This document shows, piece after piece, positions 9,918 through 19,753 of a stretch of DNA of 64,000 bases. Under the pieces are notes generated by a model, which was not told the origin of the DNA, did not search any database, and saw only the letters and a list, made by a program, of their open reading frames with translations. The translations under genes and the position numbers were made by a program. The DNA is taken from positions 352,001-416,000 of the forward strand of contig CAVYVF010000002.1 in the NCBI GenBank assembly GCA_963771885.1, written 5' to 3'. Source of the stretch: Candidatus Bathyarchaeota archaeon. GTDB taxonomy: Archaea > Thermoproteota > Bathyarchaeia > TCS64. Position 1 is the stretch's first letter, and each line of letters starts with the position of its first letter.

Positions 9918-11153
9918 ATGCCCGAAGAAGTCAGACCCAAGCAAGCCCTCAAGGGGCGAGCAATAATCTGCATGCTAAAGACAAACGTGCACGACCACAA
10001 GATATATCGTGTACGCCTCGACGAGATACGCTCACTAGTAAAAGCCCTCGGGCTTGAGGTCATCGACGAGATCGTCCAGACACGCTATCGCCCCTTCGAG
10101 CGCTACTGCATAGGCAAAGGGAAGGTAGGCGAGATTGCAAAGCGTGTCAAGAAGCAGGACATAAACCTCATCGTGTTCTACAACCTCCTAAAGAGCAGCC
10201 AGAAACTCAACCTCATACAAGGCACCGGCTGCGATGTCATCGACCGCTACGAGCTCACCCTCGAGATATTCGATCAGATGGCTTCCGACAACCTCAGCAA
10301 ACTCCAGATTGAGTCGGCTAGGCTCGACAAACTCGCCCCATTCTACAAGCTCGCCGCCAACCTCCACTTCACACACGACCGTCCCTTCTTCCACAGCGGC
10401 GGCGAGTACGGCTTCCGCGGGCAACTAAGGGAGATATCGAGACGCCAGTCTGACATCAAGGAAAACATAGAAGGCCTCATGATCGAGAAGAGACACCAGA
10501 TAGAGAACCGCGCCAAGCTCGGGTACCCAACCATCTGCATCTCCGGCTTCTATAACGCTGGGAAGACCAGTCTCTTTAATGCCCTCACGGGCGAGCACAA
10601 GCCCGTCAGCGACAGACCCTTCACGACCCTCAGCAGCAAGTACTCGAAGCGCTACATCGACGCAGAGACCACCGTCCTATTCGTCGACACGATCGGTTTC
10701 GTCCTCGACCTCGACCACCGCCTCATTAAAAGCTTTCAGCTCAACTTCGAGGACATCCGTAGCGCCGATGTCGTCATACTGCTTTTCGAGATAACCGATC
10801 CAGCCCTCACACTCCGGCTCAAGCTCGCCGAGGGAGTAAGTATCCTTCGAGACATCGGCGTCCTTCTCCAGCGCGTGATCATAGTGTTCAACAAGGTTGA
10901 CAAGGCGTCCCCAGAGACCGTAAAAGAAGTCGAGGAGGAACTAGGCCTAGACCATTACGACGTACCCTGGACGACTGTATCCGCCGACAAACGGACCAAC
11001 ATAAAAGGGCTGCTCGACCTGATCGCTTGGAAGATCAAGGACCTGAAAGATAAGCCCCTCGAGCCCGAACTTCCCTTCGAGACGCCCGAGCCGGAGGTGG
11101 AACCCGAGGAGGTAGTGGGAGACCCTGACGAGGAAGACGAGGACGAGAGCTGA
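9918..11153 (+). CDS. hflX: GTPase HflX family
   Basis: IGKGKV, VIDR..L.LEIF, GFYNAGKT, PFTTL, DTIGF, NKVD, VSA. Confidence 0.9.
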   Translation: MPEEVRPKQALKGRAIICMLKTNVHDHKIYRVRLDEIRSLVKALGLEVIDEIVQTRYRPFERYCIGKGKVGEIAKRVKKQDINLIVFYNLLKSSQKLNLIQGTGCDVIDRYELTLEIFDQMASDNLSKLQIESARLDKLAPFYKLAANLHFTHDRPFFHSGGEYGFRGQLREISRRQSDIKENIEGLMIEKRHQIENRAKLGYPTICISGFYNAGKTSLFNALTGEHKPVSDRPFTTLSSKYSKRYIDAETTVLFVDTIGFVLDLDHRLIKSFQLNFEDIRSADVVILLFEITDPALTLRLKLAEGVSILRDIGVLLQRVIIVFNKVDKASPETVKEVEEELGLDHYDVPWTTVSADKRTNIKGLLDLIAWKIKDLKDKPLEPELPFETPEPEVEPEEVVGDPDEEDEDES

Positions 11154-11856
11154 GGAGGCAATCCGCCGCGTCCTACGCGCAAACGAAAGGACGTGGACCC
11201 CCAGCCACGGCGACCAATTCAAGACACTTGTCAGAACTATCCTAAGCCAGAACACCAACTGGCGCAACGAGGACACCGCCTACAGGCGCCTCGAAGAACT
11301 AATCGGCGTCACTCCCCAAAAACTCGCATCAGCGCCACTACAAGAGATCGCCGAGGCGATCAAGCCCGCGGGCATGTACAACATCCGGAGCCGAGTCATC
11401 AAACAAGTCTCAGAGCAAGTCCTTGAGAGGTTCAGCGGAGACCTAACCAGGACGGTCTCCAAGTCCTACCCCGAGGCACGCGAGGTGCTCATGACCCTAC
11501 CTGGAGTCGGCGAGAAGACCGCCGACGTCGTCCTCCTCTTCACCGCTGGGAAGCGTGTTATCCCCGTCGACCGCCACATCGCGAGGATAGCAAAGAGGCT
11601 CAAACTCATCCCCGCAAACGCCCCGTACGACGCGATCCGCCGTACACTTGAGGAAGCCACGCCCCCCGAAACATATCTGGACACACACATCAAACTCATA
11701 CAGTTTGGAAGAGACACATGCAGAGCCCAGAACCCCCGATGCATCATATGCATTCTCAGAGACACCTGCCCTTACCCTCAACGGGAAGCCACGGAACGAC
11801 CCCCAGCCGACAAGCAACCCCAAACCAAGCCTGGAAACAAAAAACAGACCAAATAG
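11125..11856 (+). CDS. nth: Endonuclease III (HhH-GPD DNA glycosylase with 4Fe-4S)
   Basis: Frame is open upstream of the 11374 ORF (FKTLVRTILSQNT). LPGVGEKTADV, PVDRH, CRAQNPRCIICILRDTC. The only plausible start is CTG 11125. Confidence 0.85.
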   Translation: MTRKTRTRAEEAIRRVLRANERTWTPSHGDQFKTLVRTILSQNTNWRNEDTAYRRLEELIGVTPQKLASAPLQEIAEAIKPAGMYNIRSRVIKQVSEQVLERFSGDLTRTVSKSYPEAREVLMTLPGVGEKTADVVLLFTAGKRVIPVDRHIARIAKRLKLIPANAPYDAIRRTLEEATPPETYLDTHIKLIQFGRDTCRAQNPRCIICILRDTCPYPQREATERPPADKQPQTKPGNKKQTK

Positions 11857-11938
11857 GCGATTGTCCACCAATATACGAATCATTTAAATGTAAGACTCGC
11901 TGATTCACTACAGCTAACGAAAATAAGGAGAGGCTACG

Positions 11939-12949
11939 ATGCCTAGGCCACGTTCACCTAGAAAAGGATCAAAGTCATATTATCCTAGACGCAGGGCAAG
12001 CAACTTCAACGGACGCATCCAGCATTGGCCGGATGTAACAGAGGGTCCCCAGCTCCTAGGCTTCGCAGGATACAAGGCGGGGATGACCCACCTCTACCAG
12101 ATAGAGGACAGGGCCAAGGTCCCCGAGTTCGGTCAAGAGGTAAAGGTCGCGGGAACAGTCATCGAGGCGCCACCGATGCTTGTATGCGCCGTACGCAGTT
12201 ACAGGACGACGTACGACGGATACAAGGTACTTACGGAGGCTTGGATGCCTGAGCTCTCGAAGGACCTGCAAAAGGCTGTCAAGATCAAGAAGACAGCGGA
12301 TACCGCCAAGGAGCTAGAAAAGCTCATCTCCACAAAGGATAAGGCGAAGCAGATCCGCATAATCGCTGCCACACAACCAAAACTCGCCTCACTTGAGCTG
12401 AATACCCCTGACCTAATCGAGATCGCTGTCGGCGGTGGAAGCATCGACCAGCAGCTTGAATTCGTGAAGGGGCTTCTTGGAAAGACGATCTCCGCTACAC
12501 AGGTCTTCAAGCCCGGCGAATCAATCGACCTCTCAGGCGTCACGAAGGGCAAGGGATTCCAGGGCCCAGTAAAGAGGTTCGGAATCCGCATACTACAGAA
12601 CAAGTCACGCAAATCCATCAGAGCAGTCGCATCAATTGCCCCCGTGGCACCCAGAACGATCCACCCACACGTCGCGCGCGCTGGCCAGATGGGAAGTCAC
12701 CAGCGCGTCGACTTCAACAAACGTATACTACTACTCGGAAGCGACGGGAACAGGGTCAGCCCAGCAGGCGGATTCAACCGGTACGGCCAGGTCAAGAGTG
12801 AATACATAGTCATCAAGGGGAGCGTCCAGGGCACGCCCAAGAGGCTAATCCGCATGAGGAAGGCAGTTAGGGCTTCATCATACCCCGAGACAGCACCCCA
12901 GATTACATACGTAGGCACCGAGTGGGGTAAGGAGAAGACCGCACAATGA
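11939..12949 (+). CDS. rpl3: 50S ribosomal protein L3 (uL3)
   Basis: PRKGS, FAGYKAGMTH, TKGKGFQGPVKRFG, AGQMG. Confidence 0.97.
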   Translation: MPRPRSPRKGSKSYYPRRRASNFNGRIQHWPDVTEGPQLLGFAGYKAGMTHLYQIEDRAKVPEFGQEVKVAGTVIEAPPMLVCAVRSYRTTYDGYKVLTEAWMPELSKDLQKAVKIKKTADTAKELEKLISTKDKAKQIRIIAATQPKLASLELNTPDLIEIAVGGGSIDQQLEFVKGLLGKTISATQVFKPGESIDLSGVTKGKGFQGPVKRFGIRILQNKSRKSIRAVASIAPVAPRTIHPHVARAGQMGSHQRVDFNKRILLLGSDGNRVSPAGGFNRYGQVKSEYIVIKGSVQGTPKRLIRMRKAVRASSYPETAPQITYVGTEWGKEKTAQ

Positions 12950-13710
12950 AGATCCCAGTATTAAACCTCGCGAACGAAAAGGTCGATGAAGTCGACCTCC
13001 CGAAGATCTTCGAGACCCCCATTAAGCCAGACGTGATCCGTAGGGCGGTCATCGCTCAGCAGAGCCACGACTTCCAGCCACAGGGACGCGACCCGATGGC
13101 GGGCAAGAGGAACACGGCTCTCAGCAGGGGAACTGGTCACGGTCAGGCTCGTCTCCCACGCCTCAAGCAGAGTGGTAAGGCAGACTTTGCCGTACAGGCA
13201 GTAGGTGGACACCTCTCAACACCCCCAAAGTCCGAGAAAGTTACAGTCAAAAGAATCAACAAAAAGGAGCGCCGCTTGGCGATCAGGTCCGGAATCGCGG
13301 CGACAGCCGACAAGACAGTAGTCGCGGCACGTGGACACAATATCGAGGGCGTCGCTCAGCTACCACTCGTCCTCGATGACGCGCTAGAAGGCGTTCAGAA
13401 GACGAAGGATGTGCAAGACCTATTCACAAAGATTGGCATCTGGGCCGATGTAGAGCGCGCCGACCGCAAGGGCACACGCGCCGGAAGAGGTAATATGAGG
13501 GGCAGAGGTAAAAAGATCGGGAAGGGACCTCTAATCGTCATCACCGAGGACAAAGGTTTAAGCAACGCGGCGAAGAACCTGCCCGGTGTCGACGTTACAG
13601 TCCTCAGGAACCTCAACGCCGAGCTACTCGCACCCGGCGCCAATGCCGGAAGACTTGTCGTCTGGGCTAAGTCAGCTTTTAACGCCCTCGACGAAACCTG
13701 GGAGGAATAA
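12946..13710 (+). CDS. rpl4: 50S ribosomal protein L4 (uL4)
   Basis: QPQGRDPMAGKR, GTGHGQARLPR, INKKERRLAIRS, LAPGA.AGRL. Confidence 0.97.
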   Translation: MKIPVLNLANEKVDEVDLPKIFETPIKPDVIRRAVIAQQSHDFQPQGRDPMAGKRNTALSRGTGHGQARLPRLKQSGKADFAVQAVGGHLSTPPKSEKVTVKRINKKERRLAIRSGIAATADKTVVAARGHNIEGVAQLPLVLDDALEGVQKTKDVQDLFTKIGIWADVERADRKGTRAGRGNMRGRGKKIGKGPLIVITEDKGLSNAAKNLPGVDVTVLRNLNAELLAPGANAGRLVVWAKSAFNALDETWEE

Positions 13711-13712
13711 AC

Positions 13713-13973
13713 ATGCTGGCACACGATATCATAAAGTACCCGACGATGACAGAGCGCAGCGTCTACATGATAGAGAACGAGAACAAGCTCATCTTCATAG
13801 TAGAGCGTGAAGCAACGAAGAACCAGATAGCCGCAGCCATGAAGGAACTCTACCAGGTCGAGGCGAAGGAGATCAACACACTCATAGACAGGCAGGGCAA
13901 GAAGAAGGCCTTTATAAAACTCAAGGAAGGCTTCAGCGCCTCTGAGGTCGCAATCAAACTCGGAATATTGTAG
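13713..13973 (+). CDS. rpl23: 50S ribosomal protein L23 (uL23)
   Basis: IIKYPTMTE, ENKLIFIV, KKAFIKL, A.KLGIL. Confidence 0.97.
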   Translation: MLAHDIIKYPTMTERSVYMIENENKLIFIVEREATKNQIAAAMKELYQVEAKEINTLIDRQGKKKAFIKLKEGFSASEVAIKLGIL

Positions 13974-13983
13974 GTGTGGATAG

Positions 13984-14718
13984 ATGGGAAAACGAATTAA
14001 GGTACAACGCCGCGGACGCGGGACACCCGTGTTCCAAGGCGCACACACAGGCAAGATAGCACAGGCAAGATACCCCGAGATGTCTAAGGAGTCCCTACGC
14101 GGAACCGTCACGGACATAATTCACGAGTCGGGTCGCGTCGCTCCACTTGCAGTGATCGAGCTAGCAAACGGTGAGACCTTCTACTCTGCAGCCCCCGAAG
14201 GCACACACGTCGAGCAGGAAATCGTAATCGGTGCAGATGCGCCGCTAGCGGTTGGAAACGTCATCCCACTGGGCAAGGTCCCAGAGGGAACTCTCGTCAA
14301 CAACCTCGAACTGAAGCCTGGAGACGGCGGGAGAATTGTGCGTGCATCAGGCGCCTACGCGACAGTCATCGCCCATAACCTCGGCAAGACCGTCGTCAAA
14401 CTACCATCAAAGAAGAGCATACAGCTCCCAGCCGAGTCGCGCGCAACTATCGGAGTAATTTCTGGAGGCGGACGCCTCGAGAAGCCACGCCTTAAGGCAG
14501 GCGAGGGACACCACTTCGCCAAGGCGAACAACAAGGTCTTCCCGACGGCGCACGGCGTAAAGATGACTGCGTCAAGCCACCCTCATGGCGGTGGTCGACA
14601 CAGGCGTCCCGGTAAATCCACGACTGTCGGCCGCAGGGCACCTCCGGGTGCGAAAGTCGGCCTCATCGCTGCGAGGACCTCGGGTAAAGGCGGATCGAAG
14701 CGTCAGAGGTCTCTCTAA
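13984..14718 (+). CDS. rpl2: 50S ribosomal protein L2 (uL2)
   Basis: MGKRIKVQRRGRG, PGDGGRIVRASG, HPHGGG, APPGAKVGLIAAR. Confidence 0.97.
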   Translation: MGKRIKVQRRGRGTPVFQGAHTGKIAQARYPEMSKESLRGTVTDIIHESGRVAPLAVIELANGETFYSAAPEGTHVEQEIVIGADAPLAVGNVIPLGKVPEGTLVNNLELKPGDGGRIVRASGAYATVIAHNLGKTVVKLPSKKSIQLPAESRATIGVISGGGRLEKPRLKAGEGHHFAKANNKVFPTAHGVKMTASSHPHGGGRHRRPGKSTTVGRRAPPGAKVGLIAARTSGKGGSKRQRSL

Positions 14719-14759
14719 CCAACACGATTAAATAAAACGAAATGATGGAGTGAAGACGA

Positions 14760-15143
14760 ATGCCAAAGAACTTCCAATACCGGGGTAGAAGCGTCGACGA
14801 GCTTAAAGCCATGTCAATGGATGAGTTCATCAACCTCCTACCAAGCCGCATGAGGCGAAGCCTGCGCAGGGGACTTAGCAACGAGCAAAAGATAGTCCTC
14901 GAGCACCTAAGAAGGGATGACGGTAAACCCATAAAGACCCACGCAAGGGATATGGTCGTCCTTCCGGAGATGGTTGGAAAATCCATCTCTGTCCACAGTG
15001 GCCAGGAGTTCGTAGAGCTAAGGATCAACGAGAAAATGCTCGGCCACTACCTCGGCGAGTTTATAATCACGAACAAACTCGTCCGTCACGGAAAACCAGG
15101 CATCGGCGCGTCCAGAAGCTCAATGTACATCCCGCTGAAGTAA
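14760..15143 (+). CDS. rps19: 30S ribosomal protein S19 (uS19)
   Basis: [37 protein letters not shown]. Confidence 0.97.
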   Translation: MPKNFQYRGRSVDELKAMSMDEFINLLPSRMRRSLRRGLSNEQKIVLEHLRRDDGKPIKTHARDMVVLPEMVGKSISVHSGQEFVELRINEKMLGHYLGEFIITNKLVRHGKPGIGASRSSMYIPLK

Positions 15144-15323
15144 AAAACTTCAGCATATTTTCTTCAAATACAACTTACAAGGTGGTCCTCACTAATTCAA
15201 TACACATATATACTTCCCTTTAACACTCCCAAAATCTCCTCAATATGTCCCCTCAAACCACTCCCCAAAAAGAAGCTGTAATTCTCGACATCAAGATGCC
15301 TCAGCACCCGAATTTAGATAACG

Positions 15324-15335
15324 TTTTTATATAAA
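15324..15335 (+). promoter_or_regulatory. TATA box of an internal promoter upstream of rpl22
   Basis: TTTTTATATAAA ~35-45 nt upstream of the rpl22 ATG, inside a 225-bp gap. Confidence 0.6.
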
Positions 15336-15368
15336 GTCCCGATTTCAAGTAAGGCGAACGGTGCGCAT

Positions 15369-15830
15369 ATGCCATCCTGGAGATATTCGGTCACAGGTCT
15401 AGATCCGGACAAGACAGCAATAGCCAGCGGCAGGGATCTTAGAATTAAGCCAAAGGCTGCTAGAGAGATCTGCAACTACATTAAAGGCATGAAGCTCGAA
15501 AAGGCGAAGGAGACTCTGCAAGATGTCGTAGAGCTCAAGAAGCCAGTACCATATTACCGGTACAGGCTTAAGGTACCACACAGGGCCGAGGCACAGGGCT
15601 TCGACGCCGGCAGGTACCCTCAGAAGGCCGCCGGAGAGATATTACGTGTTCTAGACGCCGTTGAGGCGAACGCCGAGTTCAAGGGGCTCGACACCGAGCA
15701 TCTAAAGATCACGCACATCGCGGCGCATAGGGGCCGCAGGATTAGGAAGTTCATACCGCGTGCCTTTGGTAGGGCATCGCCGTACTTCAGGCACCTGACC
15801 CACATCGAGGTCGCGGTTGAGGAAGTGTAA
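15369..15830 (+). CDS. rpl22: 50S ribosomal protein L22 (uL22)
   Basis: AREICNYIKGM, GRYPQKAA, ANAEFKGLD, PRAFGRASP. Confidence 0.97.
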   Translation: MPSWRYSVTGLDPDKTAIASGRDLRIKPKAAREICNYIKGMKLEKAKETLQDVVELKKPVPYYRYRLKVPHRAEAQGFDAGRYPQKAAGEILRVLDAVEANAEFKGLDTEHLKITHIAAHRGRRIRKFIPRAFGRASPYFRHLTHIEVAVEEV

Positions 15831-15832
15831 GC

Positions 15833-16700
15833 TTGTCAGTAGTCAAGAGAATTATCCGGGACAATAAGGAGCGCATGGCGGTCGACGAACTTCTCTCAAA
15901 GGAGTTCGAGGAAGCCGGCTACGGCGGAATCACACTCACAAAGACGCCGCTTGGCGCCCAGATCAACCTATACACGATGAGGCCTGGAAGGGTTATCGGC
16001 AAGAGGGGTAGAGCCATCAAGGACGCCTCCGAAAAGCTTGAGAAAAAGCTTGGCCTGACTAACCCCCAAATCACAGTCGTCGAGATAGAGGTCCCGGAAC
16101 TTAATCCCCACATCATGGCGGCACGTGTAGCCAACGCTCTCGAGCGTGGTGTACACTTCCGCAGGAGCATATTCTGGAGCCTCCGCAGGATCATGGATAG
16201 CGGGGCACTAGGATGCGAGATCATTCTCAAAGGGTCCAATTAGGAGCGCAAGGGCAAGATTCGAAAAGGTAAGCGAGGGATACATCCCCAAGGCGGGAGA
16301 GCCATCCAAAAGGTGGCTGCGCCACGCGACCATCCACGTCAAGCAGAAGAGAGGAATACTCGGCGTCACCGTGAACATCATTCCACCGGACGCAAAATTC
16401 CCCGACAAGATCTCACTTAAGGGTCTCCCCGAGATAGAGTACCCCGAGGACGAGGTTTTCATGCCCGAAGGCGTAGAGCCTGACGTGGAGGAAGCACCGG
16501 TAGTAGAACCCGTCACTCAGCTAACCGAGCAAACTGAAGTCATCGTAGAGACTCCCATAGAGGTTAAGCCCGAGGAAGTGGTCGAAGAAATCACCCCCGT
16601 CCAAGCCGAGCCCGAGACCCCACCCGAAGAGGAAAAGGTCGATGAAGAGGCGAAGATCGAGATAGCGAAAGCCGAAGAGGAGACGAAGGAGGAAAATTAG
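15833..16700 (+). CDS. rps3: 30S ribosomal protein S3 (uS3), one frameshift in this sequence, long acidic C-terminal tail
   Basis: AGYGG, RPGRVIGKRG, LERGVHFRR. Removing one G at ~16232 continues KGPIRSARARFEK..GYIPKAGEP..GILGVTVNIIPP. Confidence 0.93.
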
Positions 16701-16907
16701 TTGCCGGTAATAAGACTCGACGAGATAAGGGAGATGACTTCCGAGCAGAGGAAAGCGAAACTTGAGGAGATAAAGACTGAACTCTCCAAGATCAAGACCC
16801 TCATAAAGGCAGGTGGCTCTGTAGAGAACCCCGGTAAAGCGAAGGCGCTGAAGAAAGCAGTAGCCAAGATTGAGACAATCATCCACGAGGAGGCGTCCAA
16901 GCAGTGA
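16701..16907 (+). CDS. rpl29: 50S ribosomal protein L29 (uL29)
   Basis: EIREM, ENPGKAKALKKAVAKIETI; position after S3. Confidence 0.95.
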   Translation: MPVIRLDEIREMTSEQRKAKLEEIKTELSKIKTLIKAGGSVENPGKAKALKKAVAKIETIIHEEASKQ

Positions 16908-17188
16908 CGCCGGTAACCGCTGATAACATTACTCGCCACGAGCTCATCGGGCTCGAAGCGAAGATCAGCGGTGCCAATAACAAGAGTCAGAACAGGATCA
17001 AGGGATTAGTCACAGTAGAGACGCGCAACACCCTTACGATAAGTCACGGCAAAAAGGAGATGACCGTGGCGAAGGATGGAGCGTCCTTCATTTTCAACCT
17101 TGGCGATACCTCGGTTGAGGTAGAGGGCAAGGCCCTCATCGGTCGACCAGAAGACCGTGTAAAGAAAAAGTCGAAAAGAGATTGGTAG
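16904..17188 (+). CDS. rnp1: Ribonuclease P protein component 1 (Rpp29/Pop4)
   Basis: HELIGL, G.V..ETRNTL, GRPEDRVK; conserved position between L29 and S17. Confidence 0.92.
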   Translation: MTPVTADNITRHELIGLEAKISGANNKSQNRIKGLVTVETRNTLTISHGKKEMTVAKDGASFIFNLGDTSVEVEGKALIGRPEDRVKKKSKRDW

Positions 17189-17203
17189 GGCGAACGAGTT
17201 TTG

Positions 17204-17518
17204 ATGAGCCTTAAAAGACCCGAGAACGAGTGTAGTGACCCAGACTGCCCATTCCATGGCTCCCTAGCGGTGAGGGGGCGGGTATTGGACGGTGTGGTGG
17301 TTAGCGACAGGATGACAAAGACTGTCGTTATCCGCATCGACTACACCAGATTCAACAGGAAATACGAGCGCTACGCGCGAGCGAGCAGCCGCATCACCGC
17401 ACACAACCCCCCATGCATCGACGCGAAGAGAGGGGAACGGGTCAGAATTGCCGAGTGTAGACCACTCAGCAAGACCAAGTCCTTCTGCGTCGTAGAAAAA
17501 CTGGCCGAGGAGGCTTGA
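17204..17518 (+). CDS. rps17: 30S ribosomal protein S17 (uS17)
   Basis: CSDPDCPFHG, KYERY, AHNPPC, ECRPLSKTK. Confidence 0.97.
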   Translation: MSLKRPENECSDPDCPFHGSLAVRGRVLDGVVVSDRMTKTVVIRIDYTRFNRKYERYARASSRITAHNPPCIDAKRGERVRIAECRPLSKTKSFCVVEKLAEEA

Positions 17519-17521
17519 TGA

Positions 17522-17944
17522 ATGAGTAAGAGAACAGGGAAGAGGAGAGTTATACCACGACGCAGAATAAGCGGAGGCCTCACGTCTGGCTCCGTCTTCA
17601 TCTGCGCGGATAACAGTGGTGCACGCGTACTTCGACTCATTCAGGTCTTCGGCTACAAAGGACGCCGCCGCAGGCTCCCGATAGCCAGCGTAGGCGACCT
17701 ATGTATGGTCAGCTGCCGAGAAGGCACGCCCGAGATGAGGCGCCAGATGTTCAACGCGGTAATAGTCCGCCAGAGAAAGCCCTACCTGAGGAAGGACGGC
17801 ACCTGGATACAGTTCGAGGACAACGCAGCAGTCATACTCACACCGGAGGGCACGCTTAGAGGATCCGACGTAAAGGGTCCCGTAGCGAAGGAAGCCGTAG
17901 AGCGCTTCGCACGCCTCGGAACAACCGCGAGGATGGTCGTGTAA
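17522..17944 (+). CDS. rpl14: 50S ribosomal protein L14 (uL14)
   Basis: CADNSGA, AVIVRQRKP, FEDNAAV, KGPVAKEA. Confidence 0.97.
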   Translation: MSKRTGKRRVIPRRRISGGLTSGSVFICADNSGARVLRLIQVFGYKGRRRRLPIASVGDLCMVSCREGTPEMRRQMFNAVIVRQRKPYLRKDGTWIQFEDNAAVILTPEGTLRGSDVKGPVAKEAVERFARLGTTARMVV

Positions 17945-18324
17945 TGAACAAAGTAGGTAACACAAAGCCATCGACAGTGAGAAAGCAGCAGAGAAACGCA
18001 CCCAATCACATCAGGAGAAAGTACATATCTGCACCACTATCACCCGCCCTCAAGACACAGTACGGTGCAAAAACCATGACTGTAGTCGAGGACGACACGG
18101 TCTCAATCACGAAGGGCGACAGAAAACTAGCTGAGGGTAAGGTACTGAGGGTCAACACCAAGGATTCCAAGGTCTACGTCGAGGGCGTCACCAGGACACG
18201 CCTCGACGGATCGACAGTCCAGATCCCCGTACGAGCCGAGAACGTAATGATCACGAAGCTCAACCTCGATGATAACCGCCGAAAGGCGATTCTCGAGAGG
18301 AAGGGCTTCAAGAAGGAGGAGTAA
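17944..18324 (+). CDS. rpl24: 50S ribosomal protein L24 (uL24)
   Basis: RNAP.H.RRK, SAPLS, KOW-like region, NVMITKLNLDD. Confidence 0.95.
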   Translation: MNKVGNTKPSTVRKQQRNAPNHIRRKYISAPLSPALKTQYGAKTMTVVEDDTVSITKGDRKLAEGKVLRVNTKDSKVYVEGVTRTRLDGSTVQIPVRAENVMITKLNLDDNRRKAILERKGFKKEE

Positions 18325-18326
18325 GA

Positions 18327-19058
18327 ATGGGAAGAAAAGGGCCAACACGACACTTAAAGAGGCAGCAGGCGCCAACGTTCTGGACAATAAAAAGGAAGGA
18401 AGCCATCTGGTCCATCAATACAAGTCCCGGACCTCACAACTTCGGCTCATCTATCCCCATAACCGTCTTACTTCGTGACATGCTCAACTACGCGACGACG
18501 CGCAAGGAAGCCTCGCAGATCTCGAACCAGGGCAAAATAAAAATCGACGGAAAGCTACGCCTCGACGATAAGTTCCCCGTTGGGCTCATGGACGTCGTAT
18601 CCCTGCCAGATGCAAGTGAGAGCTATCGCGTACTACCCGCCAAGGGCGGACGTCTCAAACTACACCAAATAAAAGGCGATGAAATAAGTTTCAAGCTCTG
18701 CAGGATCATCGGAAAGACTATTCTGAGGAACAACGTTACACAGCTGCGGCTACACGACGGCAGGACGCTTGTCGTTCCCGCCGGAAGCCCCTACAAGGTG
18801 AACGACGTCCTCAAGATCAAGATCCCCTCCCAGGAGATAATGGAGCATATAGCCTTCAAGGACCAGCTCCAGATCATCATCACCGGAGGAAGATCTCAGG
18901 GCGAGACTGGCATGATAATCGGCTTCGGCGACGAGCCAGGATGGAAAAAGACCGCCACAGTCCGAACGCCGAGCGGAGAAGACATACGCACACTAACAAA
19001 GTATGTCTTCCCGATCGGGACAACAGAGTCCCTGATATCACTACCGGAGAGTCAATGA
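18327..19058 (+). CDS. rps4e: 30S ribosomal protein S4e (eS4)
   Basis: HLKR..AP..W, SPGPH, FPVGLMDV, KLCRI, LHDGRT. Confidence 0.97.
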   Translation: MGRKGPTRHLKRQQAPTFWTIKRKEAIWSINTSPGPHNFGSSIPITVLLRDMLNYATTRKEASQISNQGKIKIDGKLRLDDKFPVGLMDVVSLPDASESYRVLPAKGGRLKLHQIKGDEISFKLCRIIGKTILRNNVTQLRLHDGRTLVVPAGSPYKVNDVLKIKIPSQEIMEHIAFKDQLQIIITGGRSQGETGMIIGFGDEPGWKKTATVRTPSGEDIRTLTKYVFPIGTTESLISLPESQ

Positions 19059-19059
19059 T

Positions 19060-19600
19060 ATGTCAACCGAAATCGTAGAGACCAACCCTATGAGGGCTCT
19101 AAGGATCGGTAAAGTCGTGGTCAATATTGGAGTGGGCGCCTCAGGCGACCCCCTCGACCACGCACAAACCATCATGGAGCAACTAACAGGGCAAAAACCC
19201 TGCCAGAGATTCGCGAAGCAGACCATCAGGGGCTTCAACATCAGGAAGAAGGAGCCAATCGCCTGCATGGTCACGCTCCGCAGAGAAAAGGCAGAAGAGT
19301 TCCTAAGTAGGGCTTTCGTAGCCGTCGGCAAGAAGATCAAAGTCCAAGAGCTTCGACAAAATGGGCAACTTCGCCTTCGGCATAAAGGAGCACATCGACA
19401 TCCCCGGCACAAGATACGACCCCGTCCTGGGGATCACGGGGATGGACGTAATGGTCACACTGGAGCGCGCCGGCTATCACATAGACGAGAAGAAGCGCGC
19501 ACGTGCCAAGATAGGCAAGAACCATAAGGTCACACCCGAGGAATCGATGAAGTTCATCACAGCGAAATACGGCGTCGAGGTGGGAGCAGCCAATGAGTGA
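19060..19600 (+). CDS. rpl5: 50S ribosomal protein L5 (uL5), one frameshift in this sequence
   Basis: [18 protein letters not shown]. Removing one A at ~19339 joins [20 protein letters not shown]. Confidence 0.95.
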
Positions 19601-19748
19601 GCAGAAGAAACGCACAACAGGACCAGGTAGCAGAGCATGCATCAGATGCGGCACTCACAACGGCCTCATCCGACGCTACGGCCTCAGCATCTGCAGAAAA
19701 TGCTTCAGAGAGGTAGCCCCAGCGATGGGCTTCAAGAAGTACAGGTGA
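19593..19748 (+). CDS. rps14: 30S ribosomal protein S14 (uS14), absent from the ORF track
   Basis: [51 protein letters not shown], a zinc finger between L5 and S8. Confidence 0.96.
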   Translation: MSEQKKRTTGPGSRACIRCGTHNGLIRRYGLSICRKCFREVAPAMGFKKYR

Positions 19749-19753
19749 TATGA

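Noticed and set aside
4343..19600. Programmed frameshifting in lysS, rps3 and rpl5
   Set aside because: No common slippery heptamer or stimulatory structure. Indels fall in ordinary homopolymers in many unrelated genes, so sequencing error is simpler.
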